64,000 nt of DNA from contig JBPCTY010000147.1 of assembly GCA_051011415.1 (NCBI GenBank), forward strand, positions 8,405-72,404, read 5' to 3'. The DNA comes from Acidimicrobiia bacterium (GTDB taxonomy: Bacteria; Actinomycetota; Acidimicrobiia; Spongiisociales; UBA5794). Below, one piece after another: positions 9,382-18,277 of this stretch. The notes under the pieces were generated by a model. It was not told the DNA's origin. It ran no database searches and saw only the letters and a program-made list of their open reading frames with translations. Position 1 is the stretch's first letter; each line of letters begins with the position of its first letter. A program made the position numbers and the translations under genes.

Positions 9382-9960
9382 CTAGCGCCCACCGTAGATG
9401 GTCTTCGTCCACAGAGAATCGAAGTCCAGGGCGGACAGATGCGTTGGAGTGTCGAGCTCCACCGATAATTCGCGCGACGGCAGCACCACAGCAGACGGCG
9501 CTGAGGCGAGGTGCCGATGAAAAGACCCCTCGCCGAAGGAGAAGGGAAACAAGCCGTTGCTACTTATGACGTTGGTGCCACCGTCCACACTCGGAACAAG
9601 GACGGTGCTGCCGCTGGACATCTTGAGGACCTGAACCAGTGCGTCAGGGGTCACGTACGGCAGATCAGCGTGGGCGAGGACCCATCGGCCGGGGCAGTGG
9701 TCGACCCCGGTCGCTGCCGCCGAGGTCAACCCGGTGCCGTCGTCTTCTACGACCCTCACGTTGTGCGAGTCTGCCCAGCCCTTCACCCTGGCGCTGCGAG
9801 ATACAACGACGGGTTCCAGGTCAGCTCCAAGACCGCTCTCGAGCATTCTCTCGGCGAGCCGAACGGTCAGACTCGACCGCTCCTCGAGTGACAAGACCGA
9901 GGCCAGGCGCGTCATCCCTGAAAAGTCCCTGATCGGCAGGACGAGCGAGATCGGAGCCAT
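9382..9960 (-). CDS. cofC: 2-phospho-L-lactate / phosphoenolpyruvate guanylyltransferase (CofC/FbiD family, F420 biosynthesis)
   Basis: Start refined to MAPISLVLPIRDF. Family pattern present: LPIRDFxxxTRL, ADLPYVTP, PSVDGGTN, FGEGSFxRH, ELDTPTHL. The ATGA overlaps the upstream stop. Confidence 0.7.
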   Translation of the reverse strand: MAPISLVLPIRDFSGMTRLASVLSLEERSSLTVRLAERMLESGLGADLEPVVVSRSARVKGWADSHNVRVVEDDGTGLTSAAATGVDHCPGRWVLAHADLPYVTPDALVQVLKMSSGSTVLVPSVDGGTNVISSNGLFPFSFGEGSFHRHLASAPSAVVLPSRELSVELDTPTHLSALDFDSLWTKTIYGGR

Positions 9961-10406
9961 CAGGGCTCTTCTGCGGAGAACTCCGCAAGCTGGATCAGCA
10001 CCCCGTTTGCGGATCGTGGGTGAATGAAGACCTCCTTCCACCCAGGATCTGATTCGTCGTACCCGACGAGCGTGAATCCTTTTTCGGTGGCCGCTGCTGC
10101 GGCGGCTTCCAGATCGTTCACCTTGAATGTGAGATGGTGGAGCCCTTCTCCGTGCGTCGCAAGAAACCGATTGATGAAATGGTCAGGATCCGTCGAGTCT
10201 GTGCGGATCATCTCGAGGCGGCCAGTGCCTGGCAGTTCGTACTGCACCCAGTGAAAGTCGGCTGATGCTGCGTACCCCCCGTCAAAGCGTTGTGCGCCAA
10301 GCAGTGCAACGAGGGCGTCGACGGATTCGAAGTCCTCGACCGCCATCGAAACGTGGTCGTAGCGATCGATTACATCAGCGAGCTCGGCTGGTGGGGCAGC
10401 CGTCAT
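9960..10406 (-). CDS. VOC-family protein (methylmalonyl-CoA epimerase-like)
   Basis: Start refined to MTAAPP, with ATGA overlapping the permease stop. VOC-fold motifs present (DHVSMAVEDFE, GLHHLTFKVNDLE). Confidence 0.65.
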   Translation of the reverse strand: MTAAPPAELADVIDRYDHVSMAVEDFESVDALVALLGAQRFDGGYAASADFHWVQYELPGTGRLEMIRTDSTDPDHFINRFLATHGEGLHHLTFKVNDLEAAAAAATEKGFTLVGYDESDPGWKEVFIHPRSANGVLIQLAEFSAEEP

Positions 10407-11215
10407 GCCGGGACGCTGATCTTTCGCTCGTACCACTGGAGCAGCAGGCTGAGCGTCACGGTGAGCGTCAGGTAGATGGCGGCGAGAATCATGAAGCCAG
10501 CGAAGAACTGGAAGCTCCTGCCTGTCCACAGCTTGGTCATCTGGGTGAGCTCCCGAACGGCAAGGATGGATACAAGCGACGAGTCCTTCAGCAGTGCGAT
10601 GAGGTCGTTTCCAAGCGCGGGGAGGACGTTCTTGATTGCCTGTGGCCACACGATGAGCCTGAAGACTTGGCGCTTGTTGAGGCCCACTGCCATGCCAGCT
10701 TCGCGCTGGCCGTACTGAACAGATTCGATGCCAGCGCGAAAGACCTCAGCTATGAATGCTGCGTATATCAAACCGACGGCCACCGTCGTCTTGAAGGTGT
10801 TGGAGCCTAGAAACGACTGTGGGTCGACTCCGATCAGGTCAAGAAACCAAGGGACAATCACGAGTCCAAACATGAAGATGGTCACGAGAACCGGTATGCC
10901 GCGAATGGTTTCGATGTAGAAGATTGCGATGTTGCGTGCGACACCGTTGTTCGACATGCGACCGAGGGCAACGAGCAAGCCGACGAGCATTGCGATGACA
11001 AAGCCACCAATCGTCACTGCAATCGTGAGCGTGAGGCCGTCCTTGATGAAGAGGAAGCCCTCTTCCCAGGTCTCGTCGGTCAGGATCTTGAACGCGGGGT
11101 AGGCGATCAACGCGAGGATGCCAAGGAACCACCAGGGAAAGGATCCCCACTCGAACTTGGCCTTTGACCCTGGGGGAGATGGATCGACCCCGACGTCTGG
11201 GTTGAGTGTGGTCAT
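10403..11215 (-). CDS. Polar amino-acid ABC transporter permease (His/Glu/Gln/Arg/opine family)
   Basis: Polytopic membrane protein with an EAA-type loop (EAGMAVGLNKRQVFRLIVWPQA). Confidence 0.85.
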   Translation of the reverse strand: MTTLNPDVGVDPSPPGSKAKFEWGSFPWWFLGILALIAYPAFKILTDETWEEGFLFIKDGLTLTIAVTIGGFVIAMLVGLLVALGRMSNNGVARNIAIFYIETIRGIPVLVTIFMFGLVIVPWFLDLIGVDPQSFLGSNTFKTTVAVGLIYAAFIAEVFRAGIESVQYGQREAGMAVGLNKRQVFRLIVWPQAIKNVLPALGNDLIALLKDSSLVSILAVRELTQMTKLWTGRSFQFFAGFMILAAIYLTLTVTLSLLLQWYERKISVPA

Positions 11216-11264
11216 GCTTTCCTCGCTGTCGCTGTCGGCAAATGTAGCCGCACCCGAGACGCGA

Positions 11265-11294
11265 GAAGAGGCCGAGCCATGGCTCGACCTCTTC
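11265..11294 (-). promoter_or_regulatory. Intercistronic stem-loop between the binding-protein and permease genes
   Basis: Near-perfect 14-bp inverted repeat GAAGAGGCCGAGCC-AT-GGCTCGACCTCTTC with one mismatch, 27 nt downstream of the SBP stop. Confidence 0.5.
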
Positions 11295-11320
11295 CCTTGT
11301 TGCTTCTTGTTGTTTGCTGA

Positions 11321-12091
11321 TCAGCCTTCGAATTCGATGAACCACGTCGTGATGAGATCATCGAGCGTTCCGTCTTCCAGCATGTCGGCGATTGCCGTGT
11401 TCACTGGATCGATCAGGTTGGAATCCATCGGATAGATGAACCCAAGTGGATCGGACTGCAGGTCATCTGCAAGCAAACGGGTTTGGTCAGCGTTGACACC
11501 TTGGTAGCCCTGTCCGGCCACGTCATCGATGATGACGGCGTCGACGTCACCGGCAAGGAGCGCCTGCACCGCAACACCGAACTGGTCGTATGCATCGATG
11601 CGTCCTTCGTCGATCAGCGTTGCACCCAATTCGTAGTTCGTCGTGCCGACCTGTGTTCCGAGGCGGTAATCGCCTTCCTGGAACTGCTCAAGGTTGCCGA
11701 AGCGAGCTTCATCGGTTCGGACCATGAGCTTCTGGATCGTTGTCATGTACGGATCGGAGAACGCAACAATTTCCTTGCGGTCTTCTGTGATCGAGATGCC
11801 GTCTGCGGCCGTGTCATAGACACCTTGCCCGGTCTCCTCGATCACCGCAGGCCATCCTGCCTCTACGAACTCGGCTGAGCAGCCGATGCGATCGCAGATC
11901 TCGGCCCAGATGTCGTAGTCGAACCCAACACCTTCGCCTGCATCATTGATGTAGTTGAACGGCGGATATGCGTTCTCAACCGCAACCCGAACTGTCTGTC
12001 CTTCAAGATCCGCGCTGCTGTCGCTACTACATGCTGCCGCTACGAGCAGCACGGCGAGCGCCAGAACGACGATCTTCCATGCATTCTTCAT
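11321..12091 (-). CDS. Polar amino-acid ABC transporter substrate-binding lipoprotein (family 3 SBP)
   Basis: Start refined to MKNAWKIVVLALAVLLVAAAC (lipobox) with a GGAGGAAAATC RBS. SBP_bac_3-like sequence (VRVAVENAYPPFNY). Confidence 0.85.
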   Translation of the reverse strand: MKNAWKIVVLALAVLLVAAACSSDSSADLEGQTVRVAVENAYPPFNYINDAGEGVGFDYDIWAEICDRIGCSAEFVEAGWPAVIEETGQGVYDTAADGISITEDRKEIVAFSDPYMTTIQKLMVRTDEARFGNLEQFQEGDYRLGTQVGTTNYELGATLIDEGRIDAYDQFGVAVQALLAGDVDAVIIDDVAGQGYQGVNADQTRLLADDLQSDPLGFIYPMDSNLIDPVNTAIADMLEDGTLDDLITTWFIEFEG

Positions 12092-12212
12092 GATTTTCCT
12101 CCGTAGGGGGGACACGCTGTGCGTGCAGCAATACGGTACCGCATCGCGGCCGCACTGTGCCAAGCAGATGGTGGTGTGCCACCCACTTTCGGGTAGTGCC
12201 TAAGGTTGGACG

Positions 12213-13652
12213 ATGGAACGCAAGACGAAGATCATCGCCACGCTCGGCCCGGCCACGGACACAGAGGATTCCATCCGTGAGCTTATTTCCGAGGGGATGA
12301 ATGTTGCGAGGCTGAACTTCAGCCACGGAACACATGAGGACCACAGGAAGCGACATGGCATGGTGCGAGCCGTCGCCGAGGATCTCGGTGCTCCGGTTGC
12401 AATCATGCAGGACATCCAGGGGCCAAAGATCCGCGTCGGCAAGTTCCCCGGAGGCGAGACCACGATCGAGACAGATAGCGAGGTCACGCTTCTCCCTGGA
12501 GTTGGCGTAGGCGATTCCGAGACGATCCACATCGCCTACCTCGACGACGTCGCAATGTCCGTCGGTGGCACGATCCTGATCTCCGATGGCCTGATTGAGC
12601 TCGAGGCGGTTCGCGTTGGCGAAGATGCAATCACGGCCAGGGTGGTCGAGGGTGGGGTCCTCAAGGACCACAAAGGGGCAGCATTTCCCGGCGCAAGAAC
12701 CACGGTGCCCGTTGTCACTCCGAAGGACGTTGAAGACATCGAGTTCGGATGGTCGCTGGGATTCGATCTCCTTGCGGCATCGTTCGTCAACTCGGGTAGG
12801 GACATCAGAAGCGTCAGGGAGGTTGCAGGGGACATCCCGATTATTGCCAAGATCGAGACGGCTGTTGGGTACGCCAATCTCGATGACGTACTGGACGAAG
12901 CTGCCGGTGCGATGGTCGCACGCGGGGACCTGGGTGTCGAGTTGTCGCTCGAGAGTGTTCCACGGGCGCAGAGCGACATCCTTCACAGAGCAAATACGGC
13001 CGGGAAGATCTCGATCACTGCCACCGAAATGCTTGAGTCGATGATTCAGGTCGCTCGACCGACGCGAGCCGAGGTAACCGATGTGTATCGATCCGTGATC
13101 GATGGCACGGATGCAGTGATGCTGTCGGCTGAAACAGCGATCGGGGCGTATCCCGCCCGCACTGTTCAGGTGATGGCGACGATCTGTCAGGAGGCCGAGC
13201 GATCGCCGGATTGGCGTCGAGCGCATGGAATCTCGAGCCTCGATATTGGTGCGGCGTTTGCCTCTGCGACTGCTGAAGCGTCCGTGGACACGGCAGATCG
13301 CCTGGATCTCCAAACCATCGTTGCGTTCACGGAGTCAGGAACGACTGCCAGCCTGTTGTCCAAGTACAGACCACGAGCCGACATCTTTGCGTTCACACCC
13401 CACGAAGCTACGTATCGAAGGATGGCCGCATACGGCGGAGTCCAACCGATGCTGCTCGAACGGGTCAAGTCCACGGATGACATGATCGATGTCGCCGAAC
13501 GAAGGCTTGCAGAGCTGGGTCTCGTCGAGCATGGAGACGGCGTCGTGATGGTTGCCGGTGTTCCGCCGAACAAGTCGGCATCCACCAATCTGATGAAACT
13601 GCACGTAGTTGGATCGGGCGACGTCCTTCACCCCGACAGCAATGTCGGCTAA
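12213..13652 (+). CDS. pyk: Pyruvate kinase
   Basis: 479 aa. The N-terminus TKIIATLGPAT...MNVARLNFSHG and MVARGDLGVE are canonical pyruvate kinase motifs. Confidence 0.95.
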   Translation: MERKTKIIATLGPATDTEDSIRELISEGMNVARLNFSHGTHEDHRKRHGMVRAVAEDLGAPVAIMQDIQGPKIRVGKFPGGETTIETDSEVTLLPGVGVGDSETIHIAYLDDVAMSVGGTILISDGLIELEAVRVGEDAITARVVEGGVLKDHKGAAFPGARTTVPVVTPKDVEDIEFGWSLGFDLLAASFVNSGRDIRSVREVAGDIPIIAKIETAVGYANLDDVLDEAAGAMVARGDLGVELSLESVPRAQSDILHRANTAGKISITATEMLESMIQVARPTRAEVTDVYRSVIDGTDAVMLSAETAIGAYPARTVQVMATICQEAERSPDWRRAHGISSLDIGAAFASATAEASVDTADRLDLQTIVAFTESGTTASLLSKYRPRADIFAFTPHEATYRRMAAYGGVQPMLLERVKSTDDMIDVAERRLAELGLVEHGDGVVMVAGVPPNKSASTNLMKLHVVGSGDVLHPDSNVG

Positions 13653-13707
13653 CTGCTCGCGGCGACGCGACACCTAAGATTCGGAACCAAGGCACACAGG
13701 AGCATCG

Positions 13708-14010
13708 GTGGGACAGCGAATTGAGATCGACGGAACAGTGGTTGTTGATGATTCCATCATCGTGTCGACCAATCGGAGTCTCACCGGCACAGATGGTGAG
13801 GGCTACGACAGTCCGGAGCAGGCTTCAGACGGCGAGACATTCGCTGCCGACCTTGCCGTCGACTTGTTCGAAGCAGACCCGGAGCTCTCGCGTGTCTTCG
13901 TGAGCTCAAACGTTGTTGTGGTGAAGCGTGCTGCGGGTTGGCCGCAAGATGCCGTCGACGCATCGAGCTCCGTCATCGAAGAGTTCTTCCTCTTCTATCC
14001 AGAGGCCTAG
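13708..14010 (+). CDS. Small acidic protein, possibly Nfu/NifU N-terminal-domain-like
   Basis: 100 aa. The pattern LAVDLFEADPELSRVFVSSNVVVVKR...W...VIEEFF resembles the Nfu_N fold consensus. This is a weak call. Confidence 0.4.
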   Translation: MGQRIEIDGTVVVDDSIIVSTNRSLTGTDGEGYDSPEQASDGETFAADLAVDLFEADPELSRVFVSSNVVVVKRAAGWPQDAVDASSSVIEEFFLFYPEA

Positions 14011-16013
14011 CCCTCTTCTTCGCCGCCGCCTGAGTAGCTGCCTATCGTCAGTGTCACGGTGGATCCAGAGTTGGCCCACTCGCCCACGGCAGGATCCTGG
14101 CCGATAACTCGACCGTCCAGATCGGCGTCTTCGACCGGTTCATCTACACGGGCAGCGAGCAATCCAAGCTCCTGCAGTGCCAACAGAGCGTCTTCCCAGG
14201 TTTGACCGGCCAGGGTCGGTACCTGCACGGGGCATGACACCGGCTCGCCCGAAACCTCACACGGATGAACGGTGTAGAGCTCGCTCAGCGGCTGATATCG
14301 CCAGACCAGTTGGAGATCGATCTCCTCCTGCCCGTCTGGGTACGTGACAACACGGTCTACTCGAACCAGGAATCCATCGATGCCGCTCCGCTCCTGACGT
14401 CGCTGGCCAGGTGCAAGCTCGTCTTCTTCATCAGCGACAAGCTCCTCCTCGAACTCGACGATGTCCTCTCGCTCATGAGTTACGTCGGTGCATGTCTTGC
14501 CGCCGTTGTTCCCGAACATGAGCACCGTGATCGAGGTATCGGTGTAGGCGGTCTTGATAATTACGGGAGCTTCGGTGTCATTCCCGAACCTGACATCAGG
14601 GCCCGGTACGCCAAGGGTCGCTTCTCGACCCTCCGGATAACGGGTGAAGTGCAGTGAATGTGGGCGATGCTCGACATCTTCAAGACATGCAAAGAAGACG
14701 GCATTGAACAACGTGGTCCCGAACTGGCTCACACCACCGCCGATATTCGCCGGGTGATCGCAGCAGTAAGGGACTCCGTTGATGATCGCCGGTGCAGCGA
14801 CGTAACCCTTTGCCTCGGTGCGTTCCCCAATGTGATCGTTGATTGACCATTCGGCGCCAGGCTGAACGATTGCTCCATCCACGTCTCTGGCCATTTGCTG
14901 GATGTTGGTGACCCGCTCCTGGCGAGCTGGGTGGTTCGTTGTGAAGCTCGCAAGCAACCCGAGGTCGGTGTACGACTCTGCGGTTTCGGTTGTAAACGAC
15001 GGCTGGGCACCGACGATGAGCGGAAATGGCCCTACGCCACTGCCGAGGGCCGCTTGCTTCATCTCCACTAGAAGTGCTGGTGTATCAAGCAGCGTTCCTG
15101 CACGCCCCGGAATCACACTGATGCGACTGGTTGCGAGATCAATATCGAACTGTGCGTCGACGGGCTGGATCTCGAACTCTGAACGCCGCGGCTCAAGAAT
15201 CTCGACCACTGCAGCCTCGTCGAACGTGACGATGAGCGCATCGGCTGCCTCATTGAGATCTGCGCGAACTGCTCGCGTCAGCTGATCAACGAAGAAGGTT
15301 GCACGAAAGCCGACATCATTTGATGTGAGCGTGATCTCGGAGTCGATCATTGAACGCATTTCTTCGGCTGCGGCGTCGATGTCCGCATCGGTGAGGATCG
15401 GTTCGGAGGTGACGACCGCGAGACTCGCCGTTGTCTTGTCAAGGATGGACATCTGCTCGATGATCGTCTTGCGCGCTGTCACCTTCTCGATCTTTTCTCC
15501 GGCGAGCGGATACTGCCTCGAGATCTCCTCATTTGCGATCCACACGGCACCCTCGAAGGCTGCGTTCGGAATTGCTGCAGACTCCCAATCATCCAGGTGG
15601 TCATCGATGGCTTCGTCAGAGAAGTTGACCTGGAGCGGGACCTCCTCGCCGGTGCTGAAGGACTCCACCCACGAACGAAAGTTCTCGACGAAATTGCCGG
15701 TTCGTCTCGTTGACATCGCGTCGGCAACTGCCCGTTGCGTGTTTGCGGTCAATCCGACACTCGTCGGTGACATCTTGAAGGTCTGGCCGTTGACGACGAA
15801 GACGCCTGTGCTTTGTCTGAGAGCTTGCTCGTGCGCCTGAACAGCAAGCAGAGCGTCGTCCTCGGTCATTCCGCCGACTGGTACGCCCGCGACAGAAACA
15901 TTGCGAGCGACCTCCTCCGACGACGTCGTGCTGTCGGCTAAATAGATCCCGATCGGGAGAAGGAGTATCGCCAGCGGAACGATGAGAAATAGTGCTCTGC
16001 GTGGCGTTGTCAT
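14007..16013 (-). CDS. Membrane-anchored VanW-domain protein with a C-terminal PASTA domain (YoaR-like)
   Basis: N-terminal TM helix, a PG_binding_4-like segment, and the VanW core (QPGAEWSINDHIG...CCDHPANIGGGVSQFGTTLFNA). The PASTA domain reads VQVPTLAGQTWEDALLALQELGL...GSTVTLTIGS. The tail is Gly/Glu-rich. Confidence 0.8.
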   Translation of the reverse strand: MTTPRRALFLIVPLAILLLPIGIYLADSTTSSEEVARNVSVAGVPVGGMTEDDALLAVQAHEQALRQSTGVFVVNGQTFKMSPTSVGLTANTQRAVADAMSTRRTGNFVENFRSWVESFSTGEEVPLQVNFSDEAIDDHLDDWESAAIPNAAFEGAVWIANEEISRQYPLAGEKIEKVTARKTIIEQMSILDKTTASLAVVTSEPILTDADIDAAAEEMRSMIDSEITLTSNDVGFRATFFVDQLTRAVRADLNEAADALIVTFDEAAVVEILEPRRSEFEIQPVDAQFDIDLATSRISVIPGRAGTLLDTPALLVEMKQAALGSGVGPFPLIVGAQPSFTTETAESYTDLGLLASFTTNHPARQERVTNIQQMARDVDGAIVQPGAEWSINDHIGERTEAKGYVAAPAIINGVPYCCDHPANIGGGVSQFGTTLFNAVFFACLEDVEHRPHSLHFTRYPEGREATLGVPGPDVRFGNDTEAPVIIKTAYTDTSITVLMFGNNGGKTCTDVTHEREDIVEFEEELVADEEDELAPGQRRQERSGIDGFLVRVDRVVTYPDGQEEIDLQLVWRYQPLSELYTVHPCEVSGEPVSCPVQVPTLAGQTWEDALLALQELGLLAARVDEPVEDADLDGRVIGQDPAVGEWANSGSTVTLTIGSYSGGGEEEG

Positions 16014-16128
16014 GGGCCTGAATCGGTGGGCGGCTTCGTTGCGAGTGTAGGTTCAGGTCCCGTTAAGTGGTGTCGGGAGAAGACGCTCGAAACCCTTGCA
16101 GCGCAACAGTTTCCACGGAGTATGAGGA

Positions 16129-18210
16129 CTATTCGTCCTCGCCGCCGCCGCCGTCGCCGCCACCACCACCGGTGTAGTTGCCGACAGTGATCGTGACCGT
16201 CTCACCGGGATCGAGCCATCCCGTAGGATCGGCGCTGATGACGATGCCATTGAGGGACTCGTCATCTGTGTCGACCGTCACGACCGCTACGCCGAACCCA
16301 GCTTCAGCAAGTGCCGCAGATGCCGCGCCCTGTGCCATGCCGGTAACTCCTGGTACCTGGGCGGGGCATTGCCCGTTGCCGCCGACCCGTTCATCGCATG
16401 GATGAACGACGATGACGTTCTTCTCGCCGCGGTACCGCCAGTAGAACGCTTCACGGTCCAACTCGTTGCCTTCGGCGTCGTAGAAGATCCGAGTGTTCGT
16501 AACCGACCAACCCTTTGAGCCCTTCGACTTCACATACTCTTGGCCGGGCTTGATGATGTTCTCGTCGTCTGCTTGGTATTCGGTGACGGGTGATGCGACA
16601 CCGGTCCGCTCCGAGCGCTGCGTTCCGCAGTAGTGGCCGTTCTGGTTGCCAAAGAACGTGACGGTCACCGAGCGCCTTGTGTATGAGGTGCGGATGATCA
16701 CTGGCGCATCGGAATCATTCTCGAATGCAACATCAGGGCTTGGGTATCCCAGTGTTGCCTCGCGGCCCTCTGGATACTTGGTGAAGTAGATGCTGTGCGG
16801 CTGATGGACAACGTCCTTGTAGCACCCGAAGTAGATGGCGTTGAAGATCGTCGTGCCGAACTGGCTCACGCCTCCGCCAACGTTGACGGGATCTTCCTCG
16901 CAGGAGAGTTCGCCACTTACGATTGCGCAGTCGTACTTGAAGCCCTTCTCGAGGGTGCGACGACCTATCAGTTCATTGACCGAGAACGTTTCGCCAGGCA
17001 TCACGACCGTGCCGTCGACGAGGTCCGCCATCAGCTTGATGTTGTGCGCTCGGTTTGTTCCAGGCATGTATGTCGTGAACTCGGAAACCTCGTACAGATC
17101 GCCGAACGACTCCGCCATCTCGGTGGTGAAGGCTGCCGGCGCATTAAGAACAATGGGAAGTTCGCCACTGCCCTGCGTTCTCGCTGCCTCTTCGATCGCA
17201 GCCGCTACCGCGTCGACATCAATCGTTGTGCCGCTCTTGGCCGGGATGAGCCGAATGGCGTCGTCATCGGGGAGATCACTGCTCTGCTCGCTGTCCTTGA
17301 TCTCGTAGTTCTCATCCCATGACTCGTGGTCATCAACGACGACTGTCTCCCAGTAGGCGTCTTGCGGTGCGAGCTCGAGTTGGGTGCGTACGCCCTCGAT
17401 CAGTGGGACAAAGATGTCTCGATCAAAGAAGAACTCGATCGTTGGTGGGTTCCCCAGTGTGACTGCGGCATCGAGTGACCGTGAGATGTCGAGCGAGTCG
17501 ATACGCAACGTGAAGTCGTATTCGTCCTGTGTCAGCACGACCGTTGTGCGCAGGATCCGCTCGGCCTCAGCGACGGCTTCGTCGATGTCTGATTTGGTGA
17601 GAACCGGTGAGGTGACTGCGGTCGGGAGCACGACTGCTTCATCGCTCCCGGTCGATAGGGCAGCAAGAAGCAGGTCTTCGGCAACATCTCGGTCGATTGC
17701 CTCGCCATCGGATGGGTATTCGTACCTGACCTCTCGATTGACGATTGCGATGGTGCCTTCGAACGCAGGATTTGGAATCGCCGCTTGCTCCCATTCCCGA
17801 AGCTGCGCCTCGAGTAGATCGGGATCGAGTGCTGCTGTGACCGGTACATCAACGCCCTCGGAGAAGGCTCGAAGCCAGTCAGTGATGCCGCCCTTTCGCT
17901 GTTCAAGGGCCATGTCGACTGCGGCCTCGGTGCCGAAGGTGAGCCCGACGGCGACCGGGTCAAGATCGAAGGATTGTCCGTTGACTTCCACCGATGCTGG
18001 TGTTGCTTGGAGCTCGGCTGCGTACTTCTCAGCAGCGGCCTGTGCCTCGTCCTCCGTGTAGCGAGAGACATCGACACCTTCAATGGTGACATTGCGGGCG
18101 ACCTTGTCGGATGCTGCCGCACTGTCCATGAAGTAGATGGACAGTGGGAACATCAACAACAACACCGGTACCGCGGTGAAGAGAATCGTTCGACTCCGAG
18201 AAATGACCAT
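16129..18210 (-). CDS. Membrane-anchored VanW-domain protein with a C-terminal PASTA domain (tandem paralogue)
   Basis: Same architecture as 14007-16013. VanW core MPGETFSVNELIG...EEDPVNVGGGVSQFGTTIFNA; PASTA domain AQVPGVTGMAQGAASAALAEAGF...GETVTITVGN; GGGGGDGGGGEDE tail. Confidence 0.8.
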   Translation of the reverse strand: MVISRSRTILFTAVPVLLLMFPLSIYFMDSAAASDKVARNVTIEGVDVSRYTEDEAQAAAEKYAAELQATPASVEVNGQSFDLDPVAVGLTFGTEAAVDMALEQRKGGITDWLRAFSEGVDVPVTAALDPDLLEAQLREWEQAAIPNPAFEGTIAIVNREVRYEYPSDGEAIDRDVAEDLLLAALSTGSDEAVVLPTAVTSPVLTKSDIDEAVAEAERILRTTVVLTQDEYDFTLRIDSLDISRSLDAAVTLGNPPTIEFFFDRDIFVPLIEGVRTQLELAPQDAYWETVVVDDHESWDENYEIKDSEQSSDLPDDDAIRLIPAKSGTTIDVDAVAAAIEEAARTQGSGELPIVLNAPAAFTTEMAESFGDLYEVSEFTTYMPGTNRAHNIKLMADLVDGTVVMPGETFSVNELIGRRTLEKGFKYDCAIVSGELSCEEDPVNVGGGVSQFGTTIFNAIYFGCYKDVVHQPHSIYFTKYPEGREATLGYPSPDVAFENDSDAPVIIRTSYTRRSVTVTFFGNQNGHYCGTQRSERTGVASPVTEYQADDENIIKPGQEYVKSKGSKGWSVTNTRIFYDAEGNELDREAFYWRYRGEKNVIVVHPCDERVGGNGQCPAQVPGVTGMAQGAASAALAEAGFGVAVVTVDTDDESLNGIVISADPTGWLDPGETVTITVGNYTGGGGGDGGGGEDE

Positions 18211-18277
18211 GACTCCAAGAGTGGGTTGCTTGCGGTTTCGCGAGTATATGAATGGGTCTCAAATAGCGTTGTGATTC

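Noticed and set aside
12027-13313. A 428-aa ORF on the minus strand covering most of the pyk locus
   Set aside because: It is antisense to a pyruvate kinase gene with canonical motifs. Its translation is Arg/Ser/Gly-rich with no recognisable domain. This is typical shadow-ORF behaviour in high-GC DNA.
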